Below are positions 1 through 17,129 of a DNA stretch of 64,000 nucleotides, piece by piece. Each line of letters begins with the position of its first letter. Position 1 is the stretch's first letter. The notes under the pieces were generated by a model, which had not been told where the DNA came from, did no database searches, and saw only the letters and a program-made list of their open reading frames with translations. The translations under genes were made by a program, and so were the position numbers. Origin of the DNA: the human T2T-CHM13v2.0 reference genome, Homo sapiens; NCBI RefSeq assembly GCF_009914755.1, contig NC_060930.1; one strand, given 5' to 3'.

Positions 1-3000
1 CCACTTTGCTCAGCTTGTATAAACATTTTTGGAAATGTAAATCAACAAGATGACTTAATGTCATAGAAAAGTATTAACTTTTAAAAAATGATTATAAAAA
101 TCGTGGTTCAGTAAAGCCAACTAATTTTTATTGATCATGTACTCAGTGAAACACTGTTGGTTTGGTATTTTCATTTTAGCAAAATTTAAAATAAGTTTTT
201 TCCAGTTAATTCTCATTGTTTGCATATAAGGCATAAAAGCAAAGGATCATTTTTCCTGTGTTGTATTCACTTCCTTTTACGAAGTCTAATTATACAGTCT
301 CTACCAATTTAATTTTGGGATAGCTAAGATAAAAAGCAAATATTAGTTTTAAAATTTTGAGCTAAATGCAATGATTTCTCAGTAGTATTAAAATATGTTT
401 TTCACATTTCATGTGGAGAAACTGTTTTTGCCAGTGCTTAGAATCATTAATTTATTGTGCTATTAGTAATATACTTAATTTCTACCAGCTGCTTTAAATC
501 TTTGTCATAACAGCCCACTTTAAAAAATCAAAACCCACTTAAATTTATTACTTTTGTTAATCTTAAAATTAGACTTTTTAAATCTTGTAAGTTTAATTTG
601 GTAATAACTCTTAAGATTGCTATTTCGTTTTATGGTGTTATAGGATATAAAGACTCCATATAAATTTCAAATTACTTTTACTTTGGCCAAGATTTGTTGG
701 TGATCATTTTCTTCCTTAAGCTTTTGTAAGCAATTTCCTAGGCCATTAGAGATAGTGAATAGAATGTTCCCAGATCCTATAATGCTTAAATTATTTTAAC
801 TTAGCTTATTTTTTTTTCTTCCATTCAAATGAATTGTCTTTATCCTTAGTTCAGTCTGTAACAAAAGTCTGGCAACATAGGTTATAGCTATTGCTTTAAA
901 TATTTAATAGATCATTAACATATTGTAAAGCTTGGAATGAATTATATCAACTTTTCTTCCTGTGTGATTTAAATAATACATGATTTTGCTTATGATATAT
1001 AAGCACTGATCCTTCCAAGTTAGTAACACTTTTCAGCAGCTCCTTTAAATAGATTAAATGATATTAGAGACATATACGTAACACAGCTCAGTGTAAGCCA
1101 TACATTTTTTTTTAAGTGCATCTTTTTCAATTTTCACAAGAAAAAAAGCTCCTTTCAGGGGTTGATTAAACTGTGCGTTAGAAATTTAGTCACATTATTG
1201 GCCTCATTTTTTAGCTCTCTAATTAAAAATTTTCGTTGAATACTCAGTCTAAGGACACTTGGATTTGCATGTTTGCCCCTTTCACTGTTTCCTCCCCCAT
1301 GCCATTGAAGAATTTTGAATGGTGAGGAATTTGTGCCCTTTGGCTCAGGTTGCAGGCCCACTTGATCAAGCCACAGAAGCCAGGGTCAGAACTATTCATT
1401 GCTTATCTTTTCCTTGGGCCACTTGTAAAGCCTGCTTTCTGCTCTGGGAAACAAAACAAAACAACAACAACAACAAAAAAAAGCCCCACAAACAACTCTT
1501 TATATTGGACATGTATAAAGCCTGCAGTATAAAAATGGGCACAATAGTTGATTCTTTATTGGGACTCTCCATGGGTTAATTTTGTTATCTTTAGAAGTTT
1601 TTCATTGCATTGCAGCTTATTTGATGTATATACTTTAAATACATGTTATTTTATATGGTATGGTATCCTGTTGGTAGTGAAAGTGTGGTCATATGATGTT
1701 TTTCTCTTAGGTTGAGATTTACCACTTTTGAAATGTAATGATTACTTTTAAGTAAATTGAATTAATTTGAATGAGAGCTATAAAAAGCCCTAAAGTATTT
1801 TATTTTGATGTGCTTAATTTCTAGCATTTATGCAGACATTTAAAGCTTCCCTGAATTAATAACAGCACAAGTTTATGAGCTGTTCCAATAATGGTGCAAA
1901 GACTACATCTAGACCCAGGTTTAAACAAACACAAAACACTTTGTTCTTATCTTAGCATCCTTTAAAAGTATACAGCTCTGGTTCAGGACCTCAGGACCAC
2001 CCATCACACTGGACATTGGATACTCCTATTTATTCAAGAGGCTTGTGAAGTATCTGTGTGCCAGTGGGGGATGGTGTGTGTATCTGTATAAGGAATCACA
2101 GTTAGGTGATTTTACCTCAATAAAAGCTTCAATATTGTTTATATACTGAATTTTGTCCCTGAAGAATTTTCTAGTTGTAAAACCTAATTTACACTAAATG
2201 CTTGTTAATTTATTTAAGTTCTGGCTGCAGTCTTCGCATTTTTGATGTTTTCAGAAGGCTAAAATGGGCCCCTATTAAGATTAATCTTAATTCAGTATAG
2301 TTTTTTGGCTTTCAGGCCCCACCCATTAGCTTTGGATAGCTAATACCAAGCTTTTGTTTCTTCCTGTAGAAAGGAAAGGAAAGAAAACTTTCTCTTTTAT
2401 TGCTTAAGTCATGTGACTTCCCTTTTAGTTAGTCACAGATGGGATTGCAGTGAATCTCAGAATGAAGCATAAAACTTTGAGAAAATATTTATCGATATGT
2501 GTCTTGTTTAATTTCATATGCTTTACCTTACATTACATCCATGCTGTTGTTTTTTAGGAAGCTGAAAAAAATTACTACTAAATAGATTTTTAAAATAATA
2601 CGGACCTTTTAATCTACCGTGGTAGTTTCTTAGTTACTTATTTTTCTATCAGTTATCTTTTAGCATCATTTGAGGTTTCTAAACTGTAACTTGTTTCTCA
2701 GAACTCATAGTGTAGAGAAAGTAGGGGTGGTGGTTGGGAGACATTAGCAAGAAATAATTGCTGGCAGAATAAAAGAAAGAAATACGTTATAGGACTACAT
2801 GTAAAATACAAGAGGGAATTAATTAGATGTATTTCTTCTTGCTCTTCTGACCCACCTCTTAACAGTTAGCATAGGGTAGCTAGCTGTTTGGAAGAAAATC
2901 CTATCCACCTCCTGTGATATTTATATACTTTTTTTAATAAAGTTAAATGAGGATAAGTGTTTGATGCTTATTCCTAATTTGGTGACTTAGTCATGATGCT

Positions 3001-3984
3001 CTAGTTTATTGTGAACCATTAAATATTTGATCTTTAAAGTTATTTTAATTTGTTCTTAAGCTACTTGTATTCAAATGTTTAAATTCTATTTTAGTGAACA
3101 GTATAACTGTGTCCAAATAATAACTAAAATATTTGAAACAATAGTTTCAAAAATAGTACCTTCTCTGCCATTGATTTTTAAAATATGTCATTTATTGGCA
3201 CATATTTTCGTGCAAATAAGTACTTTTAAAAGACTTTTAAGAATACTGTATAGACCACCCTTGACATAAGTAATTACATTTTAAAATCTAATAGGCATTT
3301 TTGTTTAAAATATTTTATTTCAATGAGTATTTATTGTTTACATAAAAAATTCTTCCTTAAATTTTCAGTCTTATAGATCTTAAAAGACAATGATATTTGG
3401 TCATATGATCTTCCTATCAGTCCAAGAAAACTTTTAAGTTAACTAGATTTATAAATACAATCTTTTGGTCTGCTTTTAGGATGAATAATGAGAGAAACAA
3501 AGTCATCTTTTCATTTTTAGTAGTGTTTTGTGGTAAGTTTATTTTACCTTTAAAAGTTAAATACAAGATTTGTTGAGCTACATAGAAAGGCTACTTAAGT
3601 TTCTGTTGATAACAGTGGGTTATCAACCTTTCAAGAACTAGGATCAGGTATGAAGTCTAATTAATGTATTGGCCCATGCTTTCATTGACATTAAAATTTA
3701 CAGCAATTGATTTATTTTTTTATGTCCTCTACAATTGAATGTTTCAACTTCTGTTTACTTAGTTAAATTTAAATTTTTATTGATATTTTAATTAATGCTT
3801 AAGTTGTCACTTAAATTTTGCTTTTTGGAAAGGTTTAGGATAGTAAATCTTTCAAATCCATGATCCTCCCTCATTTGTCATTTTGATTAGCAAGGGATAT
3901 AGAAAACACTAACAACTATTATTAAGCATTTAAATCTAGTACTAACATTTATTGTTGAAATTATTTGTATCCTAGTATTACTGT

Positions 3985-4313
<329 letters not shown>

Positions 4314-4845
4314 TAAACAAAAGCCTGTTTTTAAGGAAGTGCTACCTTGGTTTTTTTGTGTGACCCAGGCTTTAAAAAAAAATACATAACAAAATTTGGT
4401 ATTAATTAATAACAACATTTGGAAGTGAAAGGGGAAAAGTTGAGGGTTTTCCCCTTTATACCTGTTTTCTTCCTTCAGAATTTTTCTTTAACTTCTGTGG
4501 AGAAAAGTAGTTTTTAAAATGAATGTATTCAGGTTTTAAGCATCTTCATGTTTTGTCAAAAATACAAGGTTAGTTTGCTGGGGTGGGTAACACCATTAGA
4601 TGTGTTGCTACTTGTTTTTGTGTGGGTTATTGTAAGTATAAGTTTAATGAATTATTTGATTTCTAGATTTTCTTTCTCCTAAAATAAAATTAATACTAAA
4701 TAAATAAATTTTCAAATAGTTGAAATATGTGAACAGCCAGATAGATGCAGATATCTGTTTCAGTACATATTTTTTAGAGTTCAGTATTTATTTTTTTGGA
4801 TATTATATTTAAAAGGATATGATATTTAAAAATCTTAACAAATGA

Positions 4846-5145
<300 letters not shown>

Positions 5146-6225
5146 TTAACAAATGATGTTTGGGAAATTGTCTTGTTAGATGGTGACCACTTTTCCATCC
5201 TCTCTGTCTTTAGTTTTAAAAATGTCTGGTCACTGTTAAGCCATTAATATTCCTAATAGTAATTCAGAATTTCCTTTGATATTTAATGTTGAATATATAT
5301 TCCAAAATCTCTTAAAACATGGGATAATGTTTTCAGAGTGAGAATTTAATAGAATAGAATTCATTATTTTGATTTATATTGTTCAATTTTCAGTGTAAAT
5401 TGAATAATGAAATTACCCAAATTATTGGTGCTTTATGCTGTCCCCAAATTATTCCCTGCCCTATCATTATAATTTGATCTGCCACCAGGAATTATTACAG
5501 CCTTAAGTCGTCTCTTTCTTTAGTCTCCTTCTCCTCTCTTTTTTCCTCCTCCCCCCACTCCCCTTTGGGAAGGAAGCCTGAGGCCCTGGCTTTAGAGATA
5601 CCAGGAAAAAGCAATCACTCAGCAGAAAGTGTCTGTCTTTAGCAGAAGTGTCGTTCCTTGACGAAGAGTGTAGTTGAGAAGAAGTTAATAACAGATAATA
5701 GAGTTTTAGAATTTATTCTAATTACTTTAGAATTTATTTTTGATACAGCTGGCTATTGCTGTCATGAAAAAATGTCTGTTCTGTCTCTTTAGGTATTAGC
5801 AAAGTCAAATCCAGTTCTTTACCACATTTCTGTCTTTACTTAGGTTTGGTTAATTCTTTTATACCTTTTCTAAAGGCTAATGATTTTTCCAACATTGAAG
5901 AAGAAAGAGTTCTTAACAAGAGCATTGGATGGTTAAGTAGTTTTAACATTTTTACACACTTATTGATATTACCTGAATTTCCAAAGAAAGTATATATGAA
6001 ATGTTTTACTGTACATCATTTGTCATCTGAAGATAGTGTTTGTGTTTCTAGCATATTTTTACCTAGAAGAAGGCTTTTAAAACCACAGACTGACTCATAA
6101 AATAGGCTAATAATGAAAATAAATTGATATCAATAGATGTAGAAATGTTTTAATTGTTTACTTCCTTAGAAAGACTGTTTGTGAAGTTGGTTGTTTTCCA
6201 AGATGAGTAAAAAAATGCAGATTCA

Positions 6226-6639
<414 letters not shown>

Positions 6640-6668
6640 TCATCTTAAAGAGTAATCTCTTTACTTAG

Positions 6669-7146
<478 letters not shown>

Positions 7147-7662
7147 TGAAATTTTTGAATATTATTTGTTTAAAGGATAAATACAAACATAATAGCTAAG
7201 TAGATTTAAGGTAATATAAAAATTGATCATTCTGTCGAAAGATAGAGTAATATCTTATCTTTGATTATTCTATAATAGAATATCTAATATTTAATAATAT
7301 CTAAAAATACAGTTAGATTATAATCATTTGTTCCTCTCTGTTAATTCCTCTGCAGATTAACATTTGTAGTTATTTTATAGTTTTATACATTAACATTTAT
7401 ATTTTGTTTTAAATGCTTGCTAACACTAAATCCCCACTACTACCAATCCCTAGGCATAGACCCCAGTTTGCCACCATTTTTTCTTAACTGATTATCCAAA
7501 GCCACTGGTTTAACTTCTCTCTACCAAGCCTTCTGTTCTGCCACCTGAGAGAACTGTTCAACTATAGACAGTATTGTAGTAATTATGAAAATTTTGATAT
7601 AGTGACAACACAGTGATGATAGTGTAACTTTTACAGAGTGCTTGCATGTGCCAAGTACTGTG

Positions 7663-7998
7663 CTTTTTTTTTCTTTTTTTTTGGACGCAAGACCTTGTTC
7701 TGTCTCCCAGGCTGGAGTGCAGTGGTGTGGTGTGATCATGGCTCACTGCAGCCTCATCCTCCCCAGGCTCAGGTGAACCTCCCACCTCAGCCTCTTGCAT
7801 AGCTGGGACTACAGGTGCGTGCCACCATGCTCAGCTAATTCTTTTCTTCTTCTTCTTCTTTTTTTTTTTTTTTTGTAGAGTTGGGGTTTCACCACGTCGT
7901 CCAGGCTGGTCTCAAACTCCTAAGCTCAAGCAATCCGATTACCCCACCTTGGCCTCCCAAAGTGCTGAGATTACAGGCATGAGCCACTGTGCCTAGCC
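7663..7998 (-). mobile_element. AluJ
   Basis: Antisense Alu with J-type diagnostics (GATCATGGCTCACTGCAGCCTC). Confidence 0.9.
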
Positions 7999-8139
7999 TA
8001 GTGTGCTATGTCCTGATGAAGAAAATGATCATAGAATGGCTGATTGCCTAATTTCACACAGTTGAGCCAGCAGTGTCACCCCAGGGTAGTGCTCTTAAAT
8101 CTCTGGGTTCTAGCCACATGTAGCTGTTTTAATTTTATA

Positions 8140-8900
8140 TTAATTACTTACTTTGTGCTAGGTGCTAAAGATTCAGGTATGAGCAAAAAGCAGAGAGGGT
8201 TTCTGACCTCGTGGAGCTTAAAGACTAGTTAAGGGATCAGACAATTTCATCACACAAATGAAAGTAAAATTAGTATGATAAAGACAAGGTACATGGTGCT
8301 TTGCATGTATAATGGTGAGGGGCCTGACCTAGTCTCAGGGTGAGAAAGGCTTCTTTGGGGCAGTAGATTTGTGATGAAGAATGAAGAACGAGTAGGCAAA
8401 TAAACAAGGAAAAGAGCATTCTAACAGAAGAAGGAGTTGTGGGCAGAGGCTTTGTGGCAGGAAGGACAATGGAACTTTATTGAACATTAGCTTTACAAAG
8501 TGTTAAGATGACAAAGATCAGTAATATCCAGTCTCTGTCTTTAAGAGCTTATAGTCATGTGTATGCATGTGACCAACAGTTCCCACAGAGTGTAAAGTGC
8601 CAAGATAACAGCATTGTGGTAGCAATTGCCAATGCTTTTAGTTGCAGGGAAGGCTTTTACAAAGGAAGAGTCCATTTGAGATGGGCCTTGGAAATACCTA
8701 GGAAATTGTCAGCCTGAGAAGGCATTTCATATTGTAAATGAGCAAAGATGTGGAGAGGTTAAAGAGCCTCTTGGAAAGGCCAATGTCTGGTTAGAGCATG
8801 GGGACTTGATGGGTGAAGGGCAAAAGGGAAGGAGGTGGAAGATGAAGCTCAAGCCAAGGTTGGGACCAGCTTGTAGCAGGCAGGCTTATACTTTTTGTTA
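8140..8900 (-). mobile_element. L2 remnants
   Basis: L2 3'-end-like phrases (TGTGCTAGGTGCTAAAGAT..., CTCGTGGAGCTTA) and purine-rich degenerate sequence. Confidence 0.55.
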
Positions 8901-9044
8901 GCCCTTACCCTGAACATTGCTATTGGTGAATTTATTTAAAGTATTCACTCTCTCAGAAGTTGCATTGCCTATTTGTTTTCTGAATAAAATTTAGACATCA
9001 TAGCCAGATATTTAAGCTCTTCATGATCTGATTGAATCTACTCC

Positions 9045-9174
9045 TTATTTTTATTTTTTTTTTGAGGCAGGGTCTTGCTCTTTCAGGTTGAAGTACAGTG
9101 ACATGATCATAGCTCACTATGTATAATCTTGTACTCCGAGACTCAAGTGATGCTCTCACCTCAGCCTCCTGAGT
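9045..9174 (-). mobile_element. Partial Alu (single arm)
   Basis: Poly(T) plus Alu right-arm sequence ending at CCTCAGCCTCCTGAGT. Confidence 0.8.
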
Positions 9175-9567
9175 GAATCCACTTTTAAAATCTTTCTTCT
9201 CATATTTCCTATTTAAATTGTTTGCTTTGTCAAATAGGACCTGCCATTTTGTAAACACACCCTTCACTTCTTTGCCACTTTTCCTTTGCACAAACAGTAT
9301 TTTCTCCCAAATTCCTTCCTACATTCACTTTTGGAAATCATTGTCATCCTTCAGAACCTCGCCCCAAAGTCAGAACCTTCTTTCTCCAAGGGCTTTCTAG
9401 CCAGAATTGCTTACTTCCTTCTTATAAACTTCAAAACCCTTTATAAATAATGGGTCATTTATCATAGACCGTCTTCTATTATTATTTTGTTTCCTTTTTT
9501 CTCCTACTGAATTGTAAACTCTATGTGGAAATTGTTTTATTAAGTTTGGTATTCTGACAGTACTTAG

Positions 9568-9882
<315 letters not shown>

Positions 9883-10379
9883 AGGTGTATGCCTTTCTTA
9901 TAATTCCTACTGCAGAACATTTCTTGAACAATGAAAAAAAGCATAATACATTAGGAATTTTTTTCCTGTCTTCCATTGGGTAAAAACATAGGGCTTCTAG
10001 AACATAAACTGTATTCAGTGTCCAAGAGAATATGTATTAACTCTTCTTGTTTAAGAAAACCAAGTGTTTAACCTATATTCCATCCCCTTCTAATACCACT
10101 CTTACATATTCATTATGCATTGAGTTATATACGGTAAACTGTAGAAATCCAAGATAGTTTTGGGCTACTGCCCCCCACCTTCTTTTTTTCAGTGGAAAAG
10201 ATGGTGGCTTCCGTATTCTATTTGTTACTATAGTTTATCGCTAAGTCTAAAGTATCTTCAGTTCATTGGAGGGGAAGGATCTATCTGTCTAATTCTCTTT
10301 TTAAGTCCAAAAAACATTGAACTGGATGTTTAATAAATATTTTGAAGTGGCAGTCTCATTGGGAAGATGAGATGGTATT

Positions 10380-10560
10380 AAATGTAACTAGTAGAGGCCT
10401 TGAAATGGGAGAGACCTGTGTTTGAATCCCAACTCTAATGCTTATCAGCTGCTTGAATACCTTAACTCAGATTTCTTATTTATAGAAATCAGTAACACTA
10501 ATTTTATAGGATTGTGAGGATTAGTGTTCATGTATTTTAAGTGTCTGGTCCAGTGTCTGA
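10380..10560 (+). mobile_element. MIR
   Basis: AGACCTGTGTTTGAATCCC...GGATTGTGAGGATTAG core-like motifs. Confidence 0.65.
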
Positions 10561-11213
10561 AAGGAGTATAAAGGTATCCTGTCTTTTTTTTTTTTAATTA
10601 AAAAAATGTAGATATGCTACAATTGCTATAATGCAGAGTGAGTCCGATAAAAGGGGTGATGGAGCCAAATCTTAATCCCTGTAGCAGGTAAGTGGGACTA
10701 ACCACACAAGGTGAAATTTAATGGAATAAAAGACAGAAATTGGCACCAAAGATTTTTGTAGTGAACACTGTTGGTTGTATATCCAACATCCATTTCTTCC
10801 CTTCCTCCTTCTGATCAAAACCCTGGGTTATTTTATTCATGTATTTACCTCCATCCCCATATGCCACTGGGAAAAGTGGCTCCACCCCCAATATAAGGGG
10901 CTTAGACTTTTTAGTCTAAGCATGGCATTCTTCTGGCAACTATTGTAAGTCTAGGAGAGTGAGACATAAGTTGTCCGATTCAGTCTGAAGGGAGCAGTTA
11001 TTAGTTTTTAGTTACTAGTTTTTAGAGGGCCTAAACATTAGACATAAGAAACTACCAGTAAGTCATTTAAGATTTAAGTAACAATATGGACTAAATATGA
11101 AACATTTTAGCATTTTTGTTTTTAGGGTGTTATATGTTGTATTGTTCTGATTATAAATGTAGTACATGTGATTATAGGATATTTGGAGAAAAAGAATATA
11201 AAGATGATTTTTA

Positions 11214-11524
<311 letters not shown>

Positions 11525-14048
11525 AAAGATGATTTTTAAAATCACCCATTATTCTATCACTCAGAGATAACCACTGCTTACCCTTTGGTATATTTTCTTT
11601 TTCTTGTTAAAAAAAAAAAAGCTGTTTCTGAATCAGGTATTTATGCTATTAGCTTAAGACTTTTTATACAAATAGGGAAATTAACTTTCAATTTTCTTTG
11701 TCAAATTATGAGTTTAAAATTAATCAAATTATACAGAAAACCAGATATATAAATTTGGAAATTGAAAAAAAGAAAATGTAGAGAAACACTATGCATTTGA
11801 GTGACAGATTCTGAATTATATTTGTAGATGAAGTATACATCTTTAAAAATGAGTAAACCTGATATTCTGTATTATTTCTTACTTTGGTCCACTCATAATT
11901 TCATTAGTCTGAACATGTAAGCCATTTATTATTTTTAAAAATTTAAGTGCTTTGGGAAATTTTGTCACCTGGTTTGAGAAGAAAAACAACAGAATTATAG
12001 CAATATGTCTTTATCTTAACATGAGAAACATAGAAAGGATTGATGTGCTTTTGCATACAAATTTATTAATAGGTCCTCTTTAATAGGCAAGTTAATATTT
12101 TTTCTCCTAGCTAATATGGAATTCAATTCTGTTAACTATACTTAGAGATCAGTTTCACTCCTAAAATGTATTTAAAATTCCGTAATGTAGTTTTCCTAAA
12201 TTTAATAAAATGCATAAAGTAATTATGTTATTAAAATTTATAGGTTTATACAAGTTTTGATGAATCTATATGTGTAACCATGGTATATTAAGTACCTTTT
12301 AGTGTCATTTGCAGTTGAGAGAGATGAGTTTTTATCTCTTTGAGAAAGGAAGATGTTTTGTCTGACCACAGAGTAATGAGGAAAAGCATTTTGGTAGCAA
12401 AAATGATGCAGGTGTTAAAACGTAGGTGTTAACAGTCTTTTGATCTTGAAATTTTGTGTGACATGGAGTTCCCAGGAGGCCCTCTCAACTTTATCATCCC
12501 AGATTGGTTTCAGAGGTGCACAAATGTATATATTCCTTTTATGATTAGAAGGTCATATGCTGACCTGAATTTAAATGGCAAATGTACTTCAGGGTCTGTC
12601 GTGTGTTACAGATATTTAAAACTGATGTTAAAGGAAGAAGTTTCATTCAATATGAAAGGAAACAGCCTTTATGCCTTTTGTAAATGTTCCTTTTTCTACA
12701 GTGATGGATTCATTATCTGCTTATCCACATATTTATTGGTGGTCACTCATGTATCTTCTCTATACTCTAGGATACTTCCTCTGCACACAGACTGAATTAA
12801 CCTTTTCATATCATGTCCATATAAATTGTTGGCTGTTCTACTCATTTTATCAGCAGAGCCACTAGAAACAGCCCATTTCTAATCTGTTAGTAATTTTATT
12901 GCTACTATATATTAAAATATATGCCAAATGCTGTCATATTCTGCCATATATTTTCATGCTATATATTTTCTCTCTTGTCTTCTGGGTGTTTAGCCCATTC
13001 TTAAGATAATGCCAAGCAGAACTAAGGTTGGACACCACAACAGGTTCTGGAACATTTTATTTTAGCTAGTAAAAATACAGTGTAATAAAGGATGCAGGAC
13101 ATAGCTTTTCACATTATAATTCACCTTAGCCTTTGTTTTTTTGTGTGTGCTATCATTTCCCATCCTTCTGAAAACACTGCTATTTTAAAATCATTCTACT
13201 CATATTTGCTTCTCTCACCACTTGGGTTTTTTTTCCTCCCCTTTTTCTCAACTTCTACCCCCACTCACTCTTTCTGGTGTTAAAAGCTTCTGTAGGGAAT
13301 TGATAATCCATGTCTTTCTGCTTTAAAGTCTTTAACACATGGAGCTGGCTGCTAACAGAAATTGACCAGGTTCCTGTGATCCTTGTCAGTTCTCTGATTA
13401 ATCAGTTTTTCTTTACAGGAGAAACTGCTCTTAACAAAAGAAAACTAACCGGAAATTTCACTCATTTACCCATGGCTGCTTACATCTGCTCTTCTTCTGT
13501 TCCTATCACTTTGCCCTTTTATTATAAACTTTTAATTCTTGGCTTTCAGTTATCTCATTTGTACTGGAGAGTAAAGAGCTAATTTCTTGTAATTCATATA
13601 TCCTCAGCAATTCCAGCTAATGTGTATACTTGTACAGTGCGATTTGTAAAGCCGCTTCCTATTCAAAAGACAGTGACTGCAAATCAAAAATGAGTGTATC
13701 TATTTCCTAGCTCTTGCTGACTTCCCAGCAAAAAGGAAGAGAAAGCAATTTTAATGTCAATCCCAAGATACCCAGAAAAACAAGGGAAAGTTACTTGTTG
13801 CTCTTTTTATAGGTACATTTCTTTAAATATGGCAAGCATCTTAGAATTAAATAGAGTTAAAAGAACTAGTCATTAGGTCATGAACAAGTTTGAGCAGCCA
13901 AGTTAGCCTACAAATAAGGTTATGTGATAAGACTATTTACAAACTGGTCAGACGGATTATATTTAGAATATCCTTTAGGCATTACATAAAGGTGTTTGTG
14001 CATAGTGATGATAGATACAGCAGGATTATCATAAGAAGAAGGAATTAG

Positions 14049-14344
<296 letters not shown>

Positions 14345-14409
14345 GAGGAATTAATTATTAATTTGAATGGCCTCCAATTCAGTGATGAGATTGAATGACA
14401 GTTAATGCC

Positions 14410-14705
14410 CCAAAAGCATGTTTTACAAATAAATAGTTGTGTGGTACATTAGTTATTGTAAATTCCTGAAAGAAAAGCAAAAGTTGTTAAATAAGTTTGG
14501 GAAATTCTTGGCTATACAAAATTCAATCCTTTTATTTAATATATGACACACCAGTGCTTTATCATACTATAGTATGCTGTCAATCTCCATGATAGGAGGA
14601 TAAGATGTATTTTCCATACTTGGTGAACATTGACCACCCCTCCCTTTTTGAGAAATCATCTCATGGGCCATATGTGGTTGCATGGAGACAAGTACTGGGA
14701 AATTA
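14410..14705. mobile_element. Old hAT-Charlie-type DNA transposon remnant
   Basis: Resembles MER113/Charlie-type MITEs and is similar in character to 56915-57150. Confidence 0.4.
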
Positions 14706-14809
14706 TTGGCTGACGGTAATCTGTATATTAATCAATATTAACACCTTTACTGTTTATCTCATAATTATTAAGTTAAAAAATTTAAAGATCTTTTAAACAT
14801 CTTCTAAAC

Positions 14810-15108
14810 ATTTTTATTTATTTATTTATTTTAGAGACAGGATCTTGCTCTGCTGTCCAGGCCAAAGTACAGTGTTGTGATCATAGCTTGCTGTAACCTC
14901 AAGCTCATGAGCTCAAGTGATCTTCCCACCTCAGCCTCTCATGTAGCTAGGACTACAGGTGTACACTACCATGCCTGGCTAATTTTTTTCTTTTATTTTT
15001 TTTTGGTAGAGACAGGGTCTTATTCTGTTTCCCAGGCTGGTTTTGAACTGCTGGCCTCAAGTGATCTTCCTTCTTCGACCTTCCAAAGTGCTGGCCATAA
15101 CACCTGGT
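14810..15108 (-). mobile_element. AluJ
   Basis: Antisense Alu, TSD TTCTAAACATTTT. Confidence 0.88.
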
Positions 15109-15579
15109 CTTTCTAAACATTTTCAATTGTATATTTTTATTTTACAAAGCCAGAGACATAAATAATATTCAAGGCATCCAGAAAAGCTGGCAAGGGGATG
15201 GCTTATATAAAAATGGCATAACAGATGAGCTAACAGCAGGTGAATATTTAGAAAGCATCAACCATGCATCTGGGTATCTTAAAAGGAGAGTGAAGATAGC
15301 TCAAAATTGGTAGATGGTGGTAGTGATGATGGTGTAGGGAAGCTGAAATTTGGTTGGGGTAGGTTCTGTGAGGAAAAAAAGAAAGTAAAACAATGATAAA
15401 TGATAGACATTCCTCTTCTACTAGTAGCGTCTGGGAATGGCCTTTGGCCAGTAGCACCTGGCTGCCTTTCCTTGAGTAGCAGCAAAATTTGCTTGAAGGC
15501 AGCTACCTTGGTTACTTAACAGATTATTATCAGTTTTACTGTCAAATCTTGGACAAATCTTGGTGTGCTAGCCCAGTGA

Positions 15580-15908
<329 letters not shown>

Positions 15909-16461
15909 TAAATTTTTTTCTGATCGGCTACAGACCAAATCCTTGTGTACAAATACTTATTTTCAATTTATGTACTTATGGACTATGACAAGTAAGTCAC
16001 GAACAATTTACTTGCCGGCACCAATCCTCATACCACACTACCATTGTACTAGAGTATCCAGCTGCCAAATTGAAAATGTGGCTATAGTAACAGCTGCCTA
16101 AAATTCTTCCTACTGAAGACCACACCTTTTATTCTACAAGTAGAAAGAAAAGTGAGTTAGATATATAAGAGCTTTCTCTGAATAAGTGATTTTAATTTTT
16201 ATTTGTAGCCCAGTATGCGTTTAAAAAAATAGGTGATTTGGTAAATGTTTAATAATTAGCTTTTTCTCCAGAGGAATAATTGTGTGTATGTGTTACACAT
16301 TTTACTGATTAAAAAACAGCACACAATGTATAAATAATAAACATACAGTAGTCATTATAAATTCTGTGTAGCCAATTGATTCTCTTGGAATGCTTTTGTT
16401 GGCTTTACCTCAACTCTTGTATCTCTAGCCAAACTATGCTTGCAGTTGATGAATGAGTATA

Positions 16462-16718
16462 TTTCTTTCTTTTTTCTTTTTTTTTTTGTTGAGACAGGGT
16501 CTCACTGTGTCACCCAGCCTGAGGTGCAGTGGCTCACTGCGGTCTCCAACTCCTGGGCCCAAGCGATCCTCCCACCTGAGTCTCCCAAGTAGTTTGTGCA
16601 CCACCATGCCCAGCTAATTATTTTTTAGTTTTTGTAGAGTCAGGGTCTCATTATGTTGACCAGGCTGGTCTTGAACACCTGGCCTCAAACAGTCCTCTCA
16701 CCTTGGCCTCCCAAAGTA
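16462..16718 (-). mobile_element. AluJ (degenerate, truncated)
   Basis: Antisense Alu with small deletions. Confidence 0.85.
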
Positions 16719-16759
16719 GTATAATTTTTAAATGTATGTTAAGTAATATTTTTTGATAC

Positions 16760-17128
16760 TAGTTAGTAACACAAAAGTAAAACAACAAAGACAAAGATAT
16801 AGGTCAGAACTTTATTCATTGAGAATGTTATGAGTGACTTCTTTGCCGAATTAGATAACAGTTTTTGAATACTGTAGGAATATTTCCTAAATTTTTGTGC
16901 TATTTACAACATAAGTGCTATAGATATGACACACTGTTAAATTTTATCTGCATTATTAACATTTTCTCCATTACTTTCCTAGGTGTCTAGACAATTAAGA
17001 AAACAAATAAAGCCCTGATTTGTAGCATTTCCGAATTTCCATGGTAATAAATACTTCCACCATGGCCAATTTTAAGCTACCAGTGTGAAATCACTGAATG
17101 TGGATTTGAGAAAAAATGCACAGTGACA
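16760..17128. mobile_element. MER63-like hAT-Blackjack DNA transposon
   Basis: AAGCCCTGATTTGTAGCATTT...AAATACTTCCACCATGGCCAATTTTAAGCTACC matches remembered MER63 consensus. Confidence 0.65.
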
Positions 17129-17129
17129 A

